Shown here: positions 26,800 through 39,517 of the stretch, in pieces
Numbering within the stretch: the first letter of the stretch is position 1
How the letters are laid out: every line of letters begins with the position of its first letter
NCBI RefSeq assembly: GCF_036321535.1
Contig: NC_087437.1
Span: 57,228,001 to 57,292,000 of the forward strand
Source: Camelus dromedarius
Lineage: Eukaryota
Direction: 5' to 3'
Length of the DNA: 64,000 bases
Program-made: the position numbers and the translations under genes
Notes under the pieces: model-generated
Told to the model about the DNA's origin: nothing
The model's database searches: none
The model's input: the letters and a program-made list of their open reading frames with translations, nothing else

Positions 26800-29308
26800 T
26801 TTTCTTTTTGCCTGGATTTATTGATACACAACTGACATAGAACACTGTGTAATTTTAAGGTATATATTGTCATGATTTGCTACACGTATGTTTTGCAAAA
26901 TGTTTGGCACAATAGGTTTAGTACACATCCTTCACCTCACATAACTACCTTTTTGCTGTTTTTGTAATGATGAGAACATTAAAACTATTCTCCTTGCAAT
27001 TTTCAAGTATACAGTACAGTATTATTAACTATAGTCACCATGTTGTACTTTAGATCCCTGGAACTTATTCATCTTAAAACTGAATGCTTGTACTCTTTGA
27101 GCAACATCTCCCATTGCCCTAACCCTTGACCCCTGGCAACCACCATTCTACTCTCCATTTCTGAGTTTGGTATTTTTAGATTCCACATGTAAGTGAAATC
27201 GTACAGTATTTGTTTTCCTCTGTTTGACTTATTTCACTTAGTGTAATGCTCTCAAGGTCTATCTCTGATATCACAAGCGGCAGGATTTCTTTCTTTTTAA
27301 TGGCTAAATAATATTCCACAGTGTTTAGATACAACATTTTCTTTATCCATTTGTCCATTGATGGATCCTTAGATTGTTTTCCTATCTTGGCTATTGTGAA
27401 TACTGCTGCAGTGAACATAGAAGTACAGATATTTCCTTGAGACAATGACTTCATTTCCTTTGGCTAAATACATGAACTGGGATTGTTGGATAATGTGATA
27501 GTTATATTTTTAATTTTTTGAGGAATCTTACTGTTTTGCATAGTGTCTACACCACTGTATATTCCCACCAACAGTGTACCAGTGTTGCCTCTTCTCTACA
27601 TCCTCACCAACACTTGTTATCTCTTGGCATTTTGATAATAGCCATTCTAACTTGTCTGAGGTGATATCTCATTGAGGATTTGATTGCTCTGATAATTAGT
27701 GATGTTGAACACATTTTCTAATACCTGTTGGCTATTTGTATGTCTTCTTTGGAGGAATGTCTATTCAAGTCCTCTACACATTTTTAATTGTTTTTCTTGT
27801 GTGTTTTTACTATTGACTTGTATAAGTTCCTTATGTAGTTTGAAAATTAACCCCTTGTCTGATATATGGTTTTGCAAATATTTTCTTCCATTCTGTTGGT
27901 TGCATTTTCATTTGTTGAGTGTTTCTTTTGCTGTGCATAATCTTTTTAGTTTGATGTAGTCTCATTTGTTGATTTTTGCTTTTGTTGCTTATGCTTTTGG
28001 TGCCTTACATATCCAAGAAAATCATTGCCAAGACTGATAACAAGGAGGATTTCCCTATGTTTTCTTCTAGGAGTGAATATCCAGTTTTCCCAACACCGTT
28101 TATTGAAGAGACTACCCTTTCCCCACTGAGCGTTCTTGGCTGCCTTGTCAAATATTAGTGGAATATATGTATACATGGGCTTATTTCTGGGCTCTCTATT
28201 CTGTTCCATTGGCTTCTGTGTCTGTTTTTATTATAGCCTTGTAATATACTTTGAAATCAGAAAGTGTGATGCCTCCAACTTTGTTCTTACTAAAATTTTC
28301 TTTAGACATTCAGGGTATTTTGTGGTTTCAAACAAAATTTAGGATAGTTTTTTTTTCTATTTCTGTGAAAAATGGCATTGGAATTTTAAAAGGGATTGCA
28401 TTGAATCTATAGATAGCTTTGGGTAATATGGAAATTTTAACAATATTAACTCTTCTGATCCATGACCACAGGTATCTTTCCATTTATTTGTGTGTTGTTC
28501 ATATTCTTTCATCAAAGCCTTACACTTCTTAACTTATAATCTTTCACTTCCTTGGTAAATTTATTCCAAAGTATTTTATTGTTTTTATGATATTGTAAAT
28601 GGGATTTTTTAAAATTTCTTTTTAAAATAGTTCATTGTTAGTGTATAGATATGCAGCTAATTTTTGTGTGTTGATTTTGTATCCTGAAACTGTTTTTATT
28701 TCTAAAAGTTTTTGGTGGAGTCTTAGGATTGTGTATGTAAAAGACCATGTCATCAGCAATCAGAAACAATTTTACTTTTTTTCCTATCTGACATGGATAT
28801 CTTTAATTTCTTTTTCTTGCCTAATTGCTATGGCTAGGACTTCTAGTACTGTGTTGATTAGGAGTGGTGAAAATGGTGACTCTTGTCTTGTTCCTGATCT
28901 TAGAGGGAAAGCTTTTACTCTTTCACTATTGAGTATGATGTTGGCCTTTGCTTTATTATATCCAACTTTAATTATGTTGAGGTATGTTTTTCCAATATCT
29001 TGTTTAGAGTTTTTAACATGAAAGTATGTTGAATTTTGTCAAATGCTTTTTCTACATTCATTGAGATGACCATATGATTTTTATCCCTTATTTTGTTAAT
29101 GTGGTGTATCATATTGATTGATTTGCAGTTGCTGAAATGCAGTTGCAGTTGCTTTGCATCCCTGAAATAAATCTCACTTCATGATGGTGTATGATCCTTT
29201 TCATATCTTGTTGAATTCAGTTTTCTAGAATTTTGGGGGGAAATTTTGCTTCTGTACTCATCAGAGATATTGGCCTGAGCTTTTCTTTTCTTGTATTATC
29301 TTTATCTG
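26800..29308 (-). mobile_element. L1MA8/L1MA9-like LINE, 5'-truncated, about 2.5 kb
   Basis: Antisense 3'UTR tattaactatagtcaccatgttgtac; minus-strand ORFs 27176-27454 (CTSMFTAAVFTIAK...DKWIKK) and 27946-28209 (LIFDK...[10 protein letters not shown]) are L1 ORF2p relics. Confidence 0.92.
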
Positions 29309-29364
29309 AGATGTTTTTAGGAGTGTGTCCTCCTTTTCACATTTTTCCCTATTAGACTGATAAA

Positions 29365-29800
29365 AATTAGAGCACTGGATAATATCAGTATTGTTGGGAG
29401 TATAATGTCCTTCATCCACTACTTGGGATTAGAGACTAGGTAGCCATTCTGGTGAGGAATCCTGTACTACTTAGGCAAATTAGGCATACTCTTTGACACT
29501 GCAATTCTGATCTTTGGTGTATAGCCCAAATCAGTTCTCACACATGTCTGTAGAGGGACATGTACAAAAATGTTTTTCATGGCTTTATCCATGATGGTGG
29601 TACAGGGGATGGAGATTTGAGGCAACTTTTGTGTTTATCATTCAGGGACCAGAGTTAAAGCATGGTGGATATCCTCCATGGGGTATTACACAACAGTGAA
29701 GAACAAAAGTTTAGATATATACACAGCATAGCAAATAATTATTAGAAATCAAAGCTTGAAAAAAGTTTAATAACAGGATTGTACATAATACCACTTAACA
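29365..29800 (+). mobile_element. L1ME 3' fragment
   Basis: ggataatatcagtattg...gccattctgg...tttgacactgcaattc...gacatgtacaaaaatgttt. Confidence 0.55.
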
Positions 29801-29975
29801 TTAACAAAGAGAAATATTTTATATTAAACATGATTGCCTATAGAATAGAGTAAGAGTGAGTCATGTTACAGAGATAAAAAGAGTAAATGGATAAATAATT
29901 GTAAAGACCAATGATGAAAAGTTACTATAACCTGAATGGTGAAACTGACTCAACCCCCTATAGTTGCAGTCTCCT

Positions 29976-30030
29976 GAAAAGGAAAGGAAAGGAAAGGAAA
30001 GAGAAGGGAAGGGAAAGGAAGGGAAAGGAA
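29976..30030. repeat. (GGAAA/GGGAA)n polypurine pentamer repeat
   Basis: gaaaaggaaaggaaaggaaaggaaagagaagggaagggaaaggaagggaaaggaa. Confidence 0.9.
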
Positions 30031-31299
30031 CTAGTCTGTTGTAGCCTTCTTAAGTCACAAGAAAAATTCAAATTCTTCCACATGATCATCCTAACAGTTT
30101 TTGTTCTTCTCTTCTAGTCACACAACTATGATTGCCTCAACTCCCTTTGTTACTTCCATGGCATAGTTTCTAGACTCTTCAATCTTTTGGAAAATCTTTC
30201 CTTTCCTCACACAATTTTTCAACTTCTCATTTGTGCTTTGGCATCCAGACTGTATATAATTTCCAAATGTGGCTTGGCCAGTGGTAATCTCACCTTGCCA
30301 TTTTACGTCTGTTGAGGCAATTGTTCTTAATTTTTTCTGTTTACTCAACCCCTTATGCTTTTTTTCTTTTACTATTGCTTATTTTATATATTCTAACTTC
30401 TTCAGTACAAATAATTTCTTTCCTTCTATCTGTTTTCCCATGCTTTCCTTCTTCTGTTCCTATGCCAAACACTGTGCCAGGTTCTGAGCTTTAGAAATAG
30501 CCATGGTGCAATCTGAGCTCTGAATGTACTGCAGAGGGTGTTTCTCCTGCAGGAATGCAAGAATCAGCTTATTTGGCCTTAATTGCCTACTCTAATTTCT
30601 TATGTTGACTAAGGAGTTAACAGCAGTATCATTTCTCACCCCCACTGCTATTTTCAGTTAGCCATTATTCTTTTTGAAATCTCTATGAGATCAATAGACT
30701 TCTCTGAAGGACCATTCTTCTTGATATGAAAACAAATGCATTTCTACTCTTCTTGAAAATATCTCAAGAAAGTTATCTGCCAATATTATTTTAATGTGCT
30801 AGAGAGGGCTTTTAAATCAGAAACTATTGGATTTTTCATTCCATGGATTTAATTTGTTAAGGAAAGCAATTCCATAAAAACTTAGGGGGAAAAAGTAGAA
30901 GATAAGTTACAATATTGTGGATTGCTTAATTCTGGTCCAAAATCATGTATGTATGCAGTGGCAGGAAAGTACTTTACATACAGTTTACAGATTGTATTAA
31001 TAAATATGATGGGTAAGAGCACTCTTTTTTTTTTAATGAGGTCAGCCATAGTTTGCACATATTTTCCCCCCGAATCCAATTTTGTACATGTGTACAGGCC
31101 AGCATAAACAAAAGCTTCACTCACATGTAAATATGTCTGAACGTGAACAGACATATTTGTATTGCCTTGGTTTCCCATCCAACTTCCCTAAACTTATCTA
31201 CACTGGGATTCAACTTTGTCTCTTTTACTCCATTCTCCAAGGAAGCAGTGCTCTTTTTATATTAAAGATAAATTTTAAACATTGATTTCCCAAATGCCA

Positions 31300-32270
31300 G
31301 CCTCTCTTGATATTGCAGGGTTCTTGTTCCCATATTATCTCCTTCCTCTCCTTTACCTCTAAGCCCTTTCCTTTGGCTGTTTTCTTCTGACAGCACCAAT
31401 CTCAACTTTTCCCTTCCTCACCCACAAAATAAAAGTAAAAATAAACTTTTCTGAACCTGCATCCTCCTTCCCATGTTTTCATCATCTTTTCCCTCTTTCT
31501 CTTGCTAGCCATGCCTACATTTAAAATTTCTAAATGATTTCCCCTTCAACATTCCACAGTCCACTGGTGCTCCGCTGAAACAAATAGCTTTCATTATGTC
31601 AACAAAGACATCCCAGGTGCTAAATTCAAAGAATATTCTATAATACTTGTCTACACTGGCAGTACTGAACACTACTGACCATTTTTTCTCTCCTAAAATT
31701 TATTCTTCCTGTGAGTTCAATAATATCCTTTCTTTCCCAGTTTTTTTTTTCCTTAACTATTCCCTCTAATCCTCTGCCATTGAATTTTCTTCCTCTGCCT
31801 ACCACTGGTATCGTTCACAGTTATTTCCATTTTTCTATGCTTTTCTCACTTCACTTCTCTTCCACTTCTTAGTTTTAATTAGCATCTATGCATAAATGAC
31901 TTTTAAATCTGTAAATGTAGTCCTGACATTCCTCCAAGCTCTATACACATCCACTTTAACTGCCTACTGAATATTCCTCTCTCAATATTCCAAATACTTA
32001 CCCATTTCAGAATGTTCAAATTAGCAATATACTCAGTGTCCTTATTTAAAACTCATTTTTCACTATAACTTCCATACGAATTATCAGTACCACCTAGTAC
32101 CCCAAACTCAAAGCCTGGAAATTATTATTTACTATTTACTCTTTTAAGCCCTTGCCTCCATATTAAAATGTTTACTCACTCTTGTTAATTTTCTTTCCCC
32201 AACTTCTCTTTAATATATTTAATTCTCACCATTTTCACTGCCACAGCCTTAGCTCACAATTTCTTATTAC
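31300..32270 (+). mobile_element. L2 LINE reverse-transcriptase region
   Basis: ctccgctgaaac...tgtcaacaaagacatccc...gctaaattcaa; agttttaattagcatctatgcataaatgac (degraded YADD region); aactgcctactgaatattcc. Confidence 0.7.
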
Positions 32271-32752
32271 TCTAGAAGTGTGTCTGTCTCTCCAATGCTG
32301 CTTGTTTTAACATATTGCAATTTTGTGTTTAAATGCCTTTATTGTTTTACGTTGGCCCTATTGAATTATTATTAAGATGAGTTTCTTAAGTCCCTGGAAA
32401 ATTGCCTACCAGGTCTTCTGTATCATCCCAAATATTGCTAAGGTTTTATGTTTATTGTCAGAATCTTCTTTGTATGATATAAATAGCAAATCATAATTTA
32501 AAATACGTGTAAAGTTATGTGTTACACAATGACCTATAGCATATAAATATATGTATGTGATTACTAGGTTTTTAAAATCTTATTTTCAGACTACTAAATC
32601 CACAATTCTAGTTGCCACTGCATAAATATTTGGAAAATTTACTTATATTCAGTTTCAGTTGTTCTATTTTTAGGTATAATTAACAAATGGTTTGGAATCT
32701 TAATTGCTTTCTCCTTAAGAAACAGGTCTCCCTGATCATGTCTCAGGGTACA

Positions 32753-32886
32753 TTTTTTTTAACATTTTTTATTGATTTATAATCACTTTACAATGTTGTG
32801 TCAAATTTCAGTGTAGAGCACAATTTTTCAGTTATACATGAACATATATATATTCATTGTCACATTTTTTTCTCTGTGAGCTACCA
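32753..32886 (-). mobile_element. young L1 3' tail (camelid L1_Vpa-like), about 134 bp
   Basis: Reverse complement closely matches 18633-18765 (tggtagctcacag...tgtgacaatgaatatatatatgttcatgtataactgaaaa); poly-T at left; possible cattttt TSD. Confidence 0.9.
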
Positions 32887-33427
32887 TTTTTGACACTGCT
32901 TCCACAAAGGGTGTAACAATAGAATAACAACAGAGCTGCCACCCTCTACTGGAGACAAACCTCCAGGCTTCTAAGATGTATATTCTTGGAAACAATGGCC
33001 TGTTACTCTGACACAGACAATCCCATAGTATAATTTATTCAGAAAAAAACTATCCATGGCAGGAAGAAACTGTGTAAAAAGAACTAATTACAATTGTGAA
33101 GCCACATTCTGGAGAAAATTAGTGCAACATGGGGGTGTGTATTTTACATCAAATACCAGATGGGGTAACGTGAGAAGCCTCGCAGTTTGAGGAAATATCA
33201 AGTCTTCAGAATTAGAAATTGTCACATTAAGTGGCCTTTGTTTAAAAGAAATCTTAAGAGCGAGAAAAAAAAAAAAAAAGAGGAAACATGAATAGAAGCA
33301 AAATCTGATGAGGTCTCTGGGCAGAAAATTGTATCATGCAGTGAAAAAAGAAAGATGAGAAGACCCTTGGTTTATTCCAACATAGTTAAAGCACACTTCA
33401 CTTTACTGCTATTTCAGCTATAAGGGT

Positions 33428-33665
33428 AATAATAATGTGAATTGACAATTATATACATCATATAAAACACTTTTTTTTTATTCACATCATCCTCACAGCA
33501 AACCTGCAGATAAGCAGGTATTGGTTATCCCTAGGTTCAAAGGGAAAAGCAGCCTCAGAGAGATTGAGTACCTCAATCAAAGACAAACAGCTCATAAGGG
33601 ATAGAACTACAACTTGACTTCAGACCTTCTGACTCCAGATTCCATGCCCTTGTTCTTTCCATTGA
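33428..33665 (-). mobile_element. MIR SINE, antisense
   Basis: atcctcacagcaaacctg...gcctcagagagattgagtacc...ccttctgactccagattccatgc. Confidence 0.75.
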
Positions 33666-34939
33666 GTGACAGGGCCTTAGTAACAGTTCTCCACTAGGCT
33701 TTGCACTCTAAGAGAAAATTTAGCCTCATAAATATTGCTCACTCCGAGGAAGAGCAAAGGTCAGCTACTCAATGTACTCTGTTGAGCCGACCTGTCAGTG
33801 TATTGCCTGAGTGCTTCCAAATCTGAGGAAGCCTGACGTAAATAAGTAACATCCCAAACAAGGCTTATCCAAGGATGCCTTCTCTGGAGCCCTAATGATG
33901 CTGATGCAGCCAGTTCCGGAAGCAGCTCCTGCTCCACTGAAATAGTGTCCCTCGTTTATTATTATTAAGGTAAGTCTACATAATTTATGTCTCCTTGACA
34001 CCAATGGTGAACAGATTACATGCTGCTCTAAAAAAGTTCACAGTGACTGTTTCTTCTTCTTTTTTTTAAGATATGCTGTTTATTTAATCTCTTTAATTTG
34101 GGATTGGATAACATTATGGATGAATCCGTATTGAATGTGATCCTTCTTTTCAAGGGCTCTTCATTTTATCACTCCCCAGATGAGGCAAAATTAGTCAGTG
34201 GCAATTATTACTCTGTTTTTATCAATGTGTTTGGCCCTGAAAGGCAAGGAAAGAGACTCCAGAATCAAGATGGGTTTTTCCAGACGTTGACCTTATACTA
34301 TGTATTTACAACCTACTGGTTACTTCTGTTCCAATTTCTCTGGCTGAGATGCCCTCCCCCCTTTACAAATGCTACCCTGCAGGTAAAATTCACTGGCATT
34401 GCTGCCTTCCTCTTGTGGCACTCCCCTATTGCCCCTGCTGTGAGTCATCATTCTCTGCTCCACACTCCCACGCTATGCATATTCTCTGTGCAAGACAGTA
34501 TGTGTATTACTACTTGTGCCTGCCTTTTCCTCTATTACGTTGATTGCATTATGTTTGTACCTTCTATGTTAACCAGCCCAATATCATGCAAATTGCTGAT
34601 CCTCATGAAGTGGCTCTTGTGTGAGTGAATGTGAGAAATGATGTCACACTTCTAGAATATATGACTATGACTTGAATCTCAACTACCCTGGTTGATTTCT
34701 CTGTTTTAAGCAATGAGGTTTATGAGGGATTGATGAGTGCTTTCTTGAGGTAGAGGTGTTGTTTTCTGCTTGATTCTTATCATGTGCACATTCTTGATAG
34801 AGAACATTTAGAAGCACAGGAATAAGAGGCAAAAGTATTTGACCAGGACTGGAGGTACAAATTCATATTCTGCAACTCTCCCCAGTATATGGCACCCTCC
34901 AGGAAACATACTACTTACTGTTTCTGCCACCTACCATGT

Positions 34940-35310
34940 CACATTGCAACTCTGTGATTTGTACATGCCATTAACTTTTGGATGAAAGGTTTTCTTCCTC
35001 TCCTATCCAGTGATTTTTTCCATTTTAAGACTCACTCATATGTTACCCCCTGTGCAAAGTCCTCCCTAATTTCCAGGAATTAAAGAGTTATACTATTTTT
35101 AGTGCTGTCAGAGCACCCTGGAGGTACATCTATTATAAAACTCTTAACATTGTTTTCTACTTTTTGGTTTACATGGATGTCTGTGTCTTCCCTCAGACTA
35201 CGAGTTCCTGTGAGAGAGGAACCATGTATTCTTTCTGCCTATAATGCCAGGCTTTTCCACTGGGCCTAACACATAGTTAATACTCAGTAACTACTTAATA
35301 AATTATGTAT
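34940..35310 (+). mobile_element. L2 3' end
   Basis: agactacgagttcctgtgagagaggaaccatgt...gggcctaacacatagttaatactcagtaa. Confidence 0.65.
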
Positions 35311-36620
35311 TTTAATAGAAATTATTTATCACCTCTGGACACAAAGCACCTTAAGAGGTACTAATACAAAATTTAAAATGACTCAAGGCCAAATTCTGTA
35401 AAAGCTTTCATTAGGCAGACAAGGAATATGAGGATAGAAACAATAATTAGGACAGGAACCTGAGTTGTGCTCAAAATATAACAATTTCCATAGACAGAGA
35501 AGGAGTAAGGAGAATGGTGGCAGATTCAAGGCCATTCCAGGCTAAGCAAACAGCAGGTTACCATAGAAAGCTTTCCTAAAGTGAATTAAAGGTAAACTCT
35601 ATTAAGTGTAAATAAAACTGCATGACTTTTAAAGAAACAATGCATAAAGGATTAAGTAGATTAAAACTAGAGACTACCCTCTGAGAGCCCAAATGTGTTT
35701 AGTGTAGTTTGAAATTAACTTAATGTACAAAAATTCAAATAAGTTGTCAAAGAAAACAGAATAGCGTTGGGGTGGCGTGCTTGAGGCTTTCTCATTTAAA
35801 ACAGCGAGTAGCTGGGCATGCAATTACCTTTTAACATGAATTTATGTCATTAAATATACCATAATTCTGAGTCATGATTTTAGCTTAAATTGAGTATCTG
35901 CAGTGGGAATTATAATGCCTGATTGACTTAATGTTTTAAACCCTATATAGGGTGGGCACCTCTGTGAAGGGCATGATTAAAGCCCTTCCTTTCTTTACTA
36001 TTTAAACTAAACTGAAATCCTTCAGAATGGGATGATGAACACCTACCTTTCTGGTTTCCTGGAGATGTGTAAGTTCTTGCCATGGCCAGGAAGCATCAGA
36101 GGATGTAGGTTACTGACACATGGATGTATCAAAACATGATTGACATTCTGTTTGGCAGTGACCTAGTAGTAGAGAAACTGCAGAGAAGGTCCCAGGACAT
36201 ACAAAAAGGCACAATGGAACGTTAAAACATCCTGCATATGGAGAATATGTGAGGTAGAAGAGCAGGAGTCAGAGAGTGACTGAAAACAGAGTGACTGAAA
36301 GCAGCAGCAAGGGCAAGTGGAAGAGGGCAACTAGAAACTTCTCTACGGGGCAGCTGTTCCAGAAGCAGGTCTCAACTGCTGTGCTCAAGTACACTTAGGG
36401 TGTGCCAAAATTTGTTACCAATTAAATATCAAGCATGAATTATTAATTTTGAAAAATAAAATAGATATAAGCTTAGTCTTAAAACAAATCACACTCAAAG
36501 ATCTGCCTTCTAGTAGGATTTCTAGAATGGAGGAAAGGCAGCAGAGCTATATCTGGAATACTGCTTTTATCCATGTCAGTGGTTCTTAGGGTTGGGGAAC
36601 CAGACCAGGAGGATCAGCAT

Positions 36621-37604
36621 TGTTACTGACCAGGGTCCTTGGACTCCTTAGTCAGTAGAAATTGATAAGAGGCTGGACGAAGAATTCAGGCAAGGCTTTA
36701 TTGGGACTTGTGCTGCAGCACGAGGGAGCAAGAACAAGTAAGTTGTCCTTGCTCATTCCCCAAGGGTCAGGGACAGGCTGGTCCCTTAAATAGGGTGAGG
36801 GTAGGGGGCAGATCGGTGGGTTGGGCCGGAGCGGTGGTGGTACCGAATCCAAACTCTTTCTGCTGGCTGCATGACAGGCCAATAAATCAAGAGACAAGTT
36901 GTTAAGGCAAGGAATAACAACTTTATTCGGAAAGCTGGCAGACCGAGAAGATGGCAGATTAATGTCTGGATAACCATCTTACTCAAGTCAGAATTCAGGC
37001 TCATTTTATGCTAGAAAGAGGGGGACGGGGTTGGTTGTTGCAAACGTCTTGAAGTCAGAATCCTTTGTTCTTGCAGCTATCCACGTAGCTCATGTCACAG
37101 TGTCCCTGCAAACCTCCAACAAGACAAATGCTGTTTTCTCTTCTGCAACTTCTTATTTTTATATGAATGGTAAAGCATTATACTTTTTAAGGTCAGAGCC
37201 TTGAGAATAAGCTATCTTGTATATTTCAGGCTACAGGCAACATTCTTTTACAAAAGGTGCAGAACCAGCATGGTTAAGAACAGGAAGCAGAGCACAAGGT
37301 TAGAGCCAAAGGAACAGATCTTTTATGGAGTTGGATTTGTTCTTCCCTATTACAGTTGCTTAGGTGGTCTGCCCATCTATGGGGTGCTGTGTGCAAGGAT
37401 CATGTGCAGTATCCTGCTTTTGCTCCTGGCGCCTCAGAAGTGGCAGTTGGGTTTGGGCCTTTTCGTATCTTGTTGTTCATACTTTGCCGCAACTGCCTGC
37501 CGTTATTTTTAGTCCCTTAAAGTTTCTTTGTATTCTGTTTTTGAGGAGATGTTTGTCCAAGTACAGTCACTGCAGTATAGGGTCCCAGGTCCCAGCCTGT
37601 CTCA
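36621..37604 (-). mobile_element. ERV1-type solo LTR (outer), interrupted by a second LTR
   Basis: TG...CA ends (tgttactgac...tgtctca); 4-bp flanks gcat/ccat; ctttatt (antisense polyA signal) and ttaaata (antisense TATA-like). Confidence 0.85.
36838..37354 (-). mobile_element. ERV1-type solo LTR (inner), 517 bp
   Basis: tggtaccgaatcc...ctattaca; 4-bp flanks gtgg/gttg; ctttatt antisense polyA signal near 36921. Confidence 0.8.
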
Positions 37605-39517
37605 CCATCACCTGGGAACTTGTTAAAAATGCTGAGTCTCAGGCAGATGTTATGAATCAGAAACCTTAGGAATGGGGATCAACAATCTATGTTCTAATGA
37701 ACCCTCCTGGTGATCGAGATGCACACTAAAATGTTTGAGAACCACTGTTTGTAGGATTGTCTAGTGTAGATGTACTTTTCATATTGACATGCCTACAAAC
37801 CTTGTGTCTGAATTCATACCCCAAATTTAAACATACAACACTATTAGTTTTATTTCTCTGAAACATTGACTTACGCTTCTTAAAACTTTGGCTAAAGCCC
37901 TTGCTGAAGGAAAAGCGACAGATCACCTAATGGACGTCACAGTAATGCAAACCAGGGTATCTCTGACCTTCTCGTGAAGAAAGCTGAGGTGCTTTGAAGA
38001 GAACCCCTACCTCTCTGCCCCAAATGCAGCAGAAAGATTTTACAGTGGTTTACCATTAGGGTATTCATTTAGATGTTTCCCACTAGGAATTAAAAGCTTT
38101 AAACAAATTTTAAACCTTGAAAATATTTAAAACAAATTAAACGGATATGTTAATCCCTAAAAAACAAAAAACAAAAAACTCTGGATAAACCCATGTAGAT
38201 ACCATCCTCTTTTTGTGTAACTAATTGAAGTTCACTATTCTTGCTAAAGTGAGCCACTGGAGAGTAAGAGGAGGGACATAGCAATCATGATTTTCTTGTA
38301 CAACTAACACACTGAACACAAGAGAGAAGACTTGCCATTAATATTCCTAATGGTAGTAGAGATCCAGATTTTAGTGGTGGAGTCCATAGCCAGTTCCAGA
38401 GATCTAGCACTTATCTGTGCAGAGAAGGACATGGCTAAGAAAAGAGGGTTATGCTTTTTTTAATGTGAAATTTCTAATTAAAAATGTTTAGAAAACCATT
38501 CTGATTTAAAAAAAAATCTCCATTACCCTGAGACTTAACTTTTAATTATAAAACAATTTTTTTCCATTATCCAAGCAACTACACAAAGCCAGAGTCTGAT
38601 GATGAAAACTGAAAAATATTATGGACTGAAAAATTGAGCATGCAAGCATAGCTCTGTTTGTGTAAGCAGTAATACACGACAGCAAACACACTTAAAATGC
38701 CATTAAGGTTTCCTGTGGGTGCACTGTGCTAAATGAAGTCAAAGGCTAAATGAATCTAGTCCCCAAGAGTTCCATGTAACTGGAAAACCTGCGGTGTATC
38801 ACTGCAGTTAGAAAATGGTTATTTTAAAATTTGCCTATTGAAACTCTCCTGACTGTGTGCATGTAAATCCCATTAAAGTTCATAGATGTTGCATATACAT
38901 TCAGTAAGACACATGCAGCCCCCTAATGTTTTCTCTAATGAACTCAAACTCCGCAGGTAGGGACTAATAATTACACAGCACAGAGTCTGTATTAGATTGC
39001 TTTCTCAGTTTATGACTGCCTGGTAATGGTGTGATGCAGTGTACACCTTCTGTTTGAAGATGAAGACAGGAATATTTCTGCAGATTGAAATTTAAACATG
39101 GAGCTGAATTCCTAGTCTATTTATAATCAAAGGATATGAATAGATAATTCTTTCAAAGGGAAAGCAAATAGTTTAAGTCAATATTTAAAGTAAAATGAAA
39201 TAAAAATTTAAAAATATAACAGATGCCTTTTAATAACAGAAAAAAATATGTGATAAAATCAAAATGGTTCAGACTATAGGAATACCACCATACATATATT
39301 TTTACTGTGTAAAATTGTTAGAAATTTGGCTTTCTTTGTGGGGAATATTCTGGCAATAATTGCATTCAAAACTGCAGAGTATTTTACATCTTTTTATCTA
39401 GAAATTTACTGTCAGTAATTTATCCTAAATAAATAATTCAAAATTTAAGAAAAAATGAATGGGTTAAAGTTCTCATTGTGGTGACATTTCGGCTATATTT
39501 TCTTAATACAGCCAGAT

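Larger units (their letters stand above)
36577..37747 (+). mobile_element. MER5A (hAT-Charlie) split by an LTR insertion (pieces 36577-36620 and 37605-37747)
   Basis: TIRs cagtggttct and agaaccactg; the halves rejoin as ...atcagcat|cacctgggaacttgtta..., continuous with the recalled MER5A consensus. Confidence 0.9.

Noticed and set aside
27176..29021. Cluster of ORFs on both strands
   Set aside because: All lie within the antisense L1MA element; they are fragmented ORF2 or its antisense shadow
34098..34628. Longest ORF (176 aa) as a gene
   Set aside because: Non-ATG start, Leu/Phe/Cys-rich composition typical of random AT-rich DNA, no recognisable domain
36652..37669. Overlapping GC-richer ORFs and CpG-island-like appearance
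   Set aside because: Fully explained by the nested LTRs
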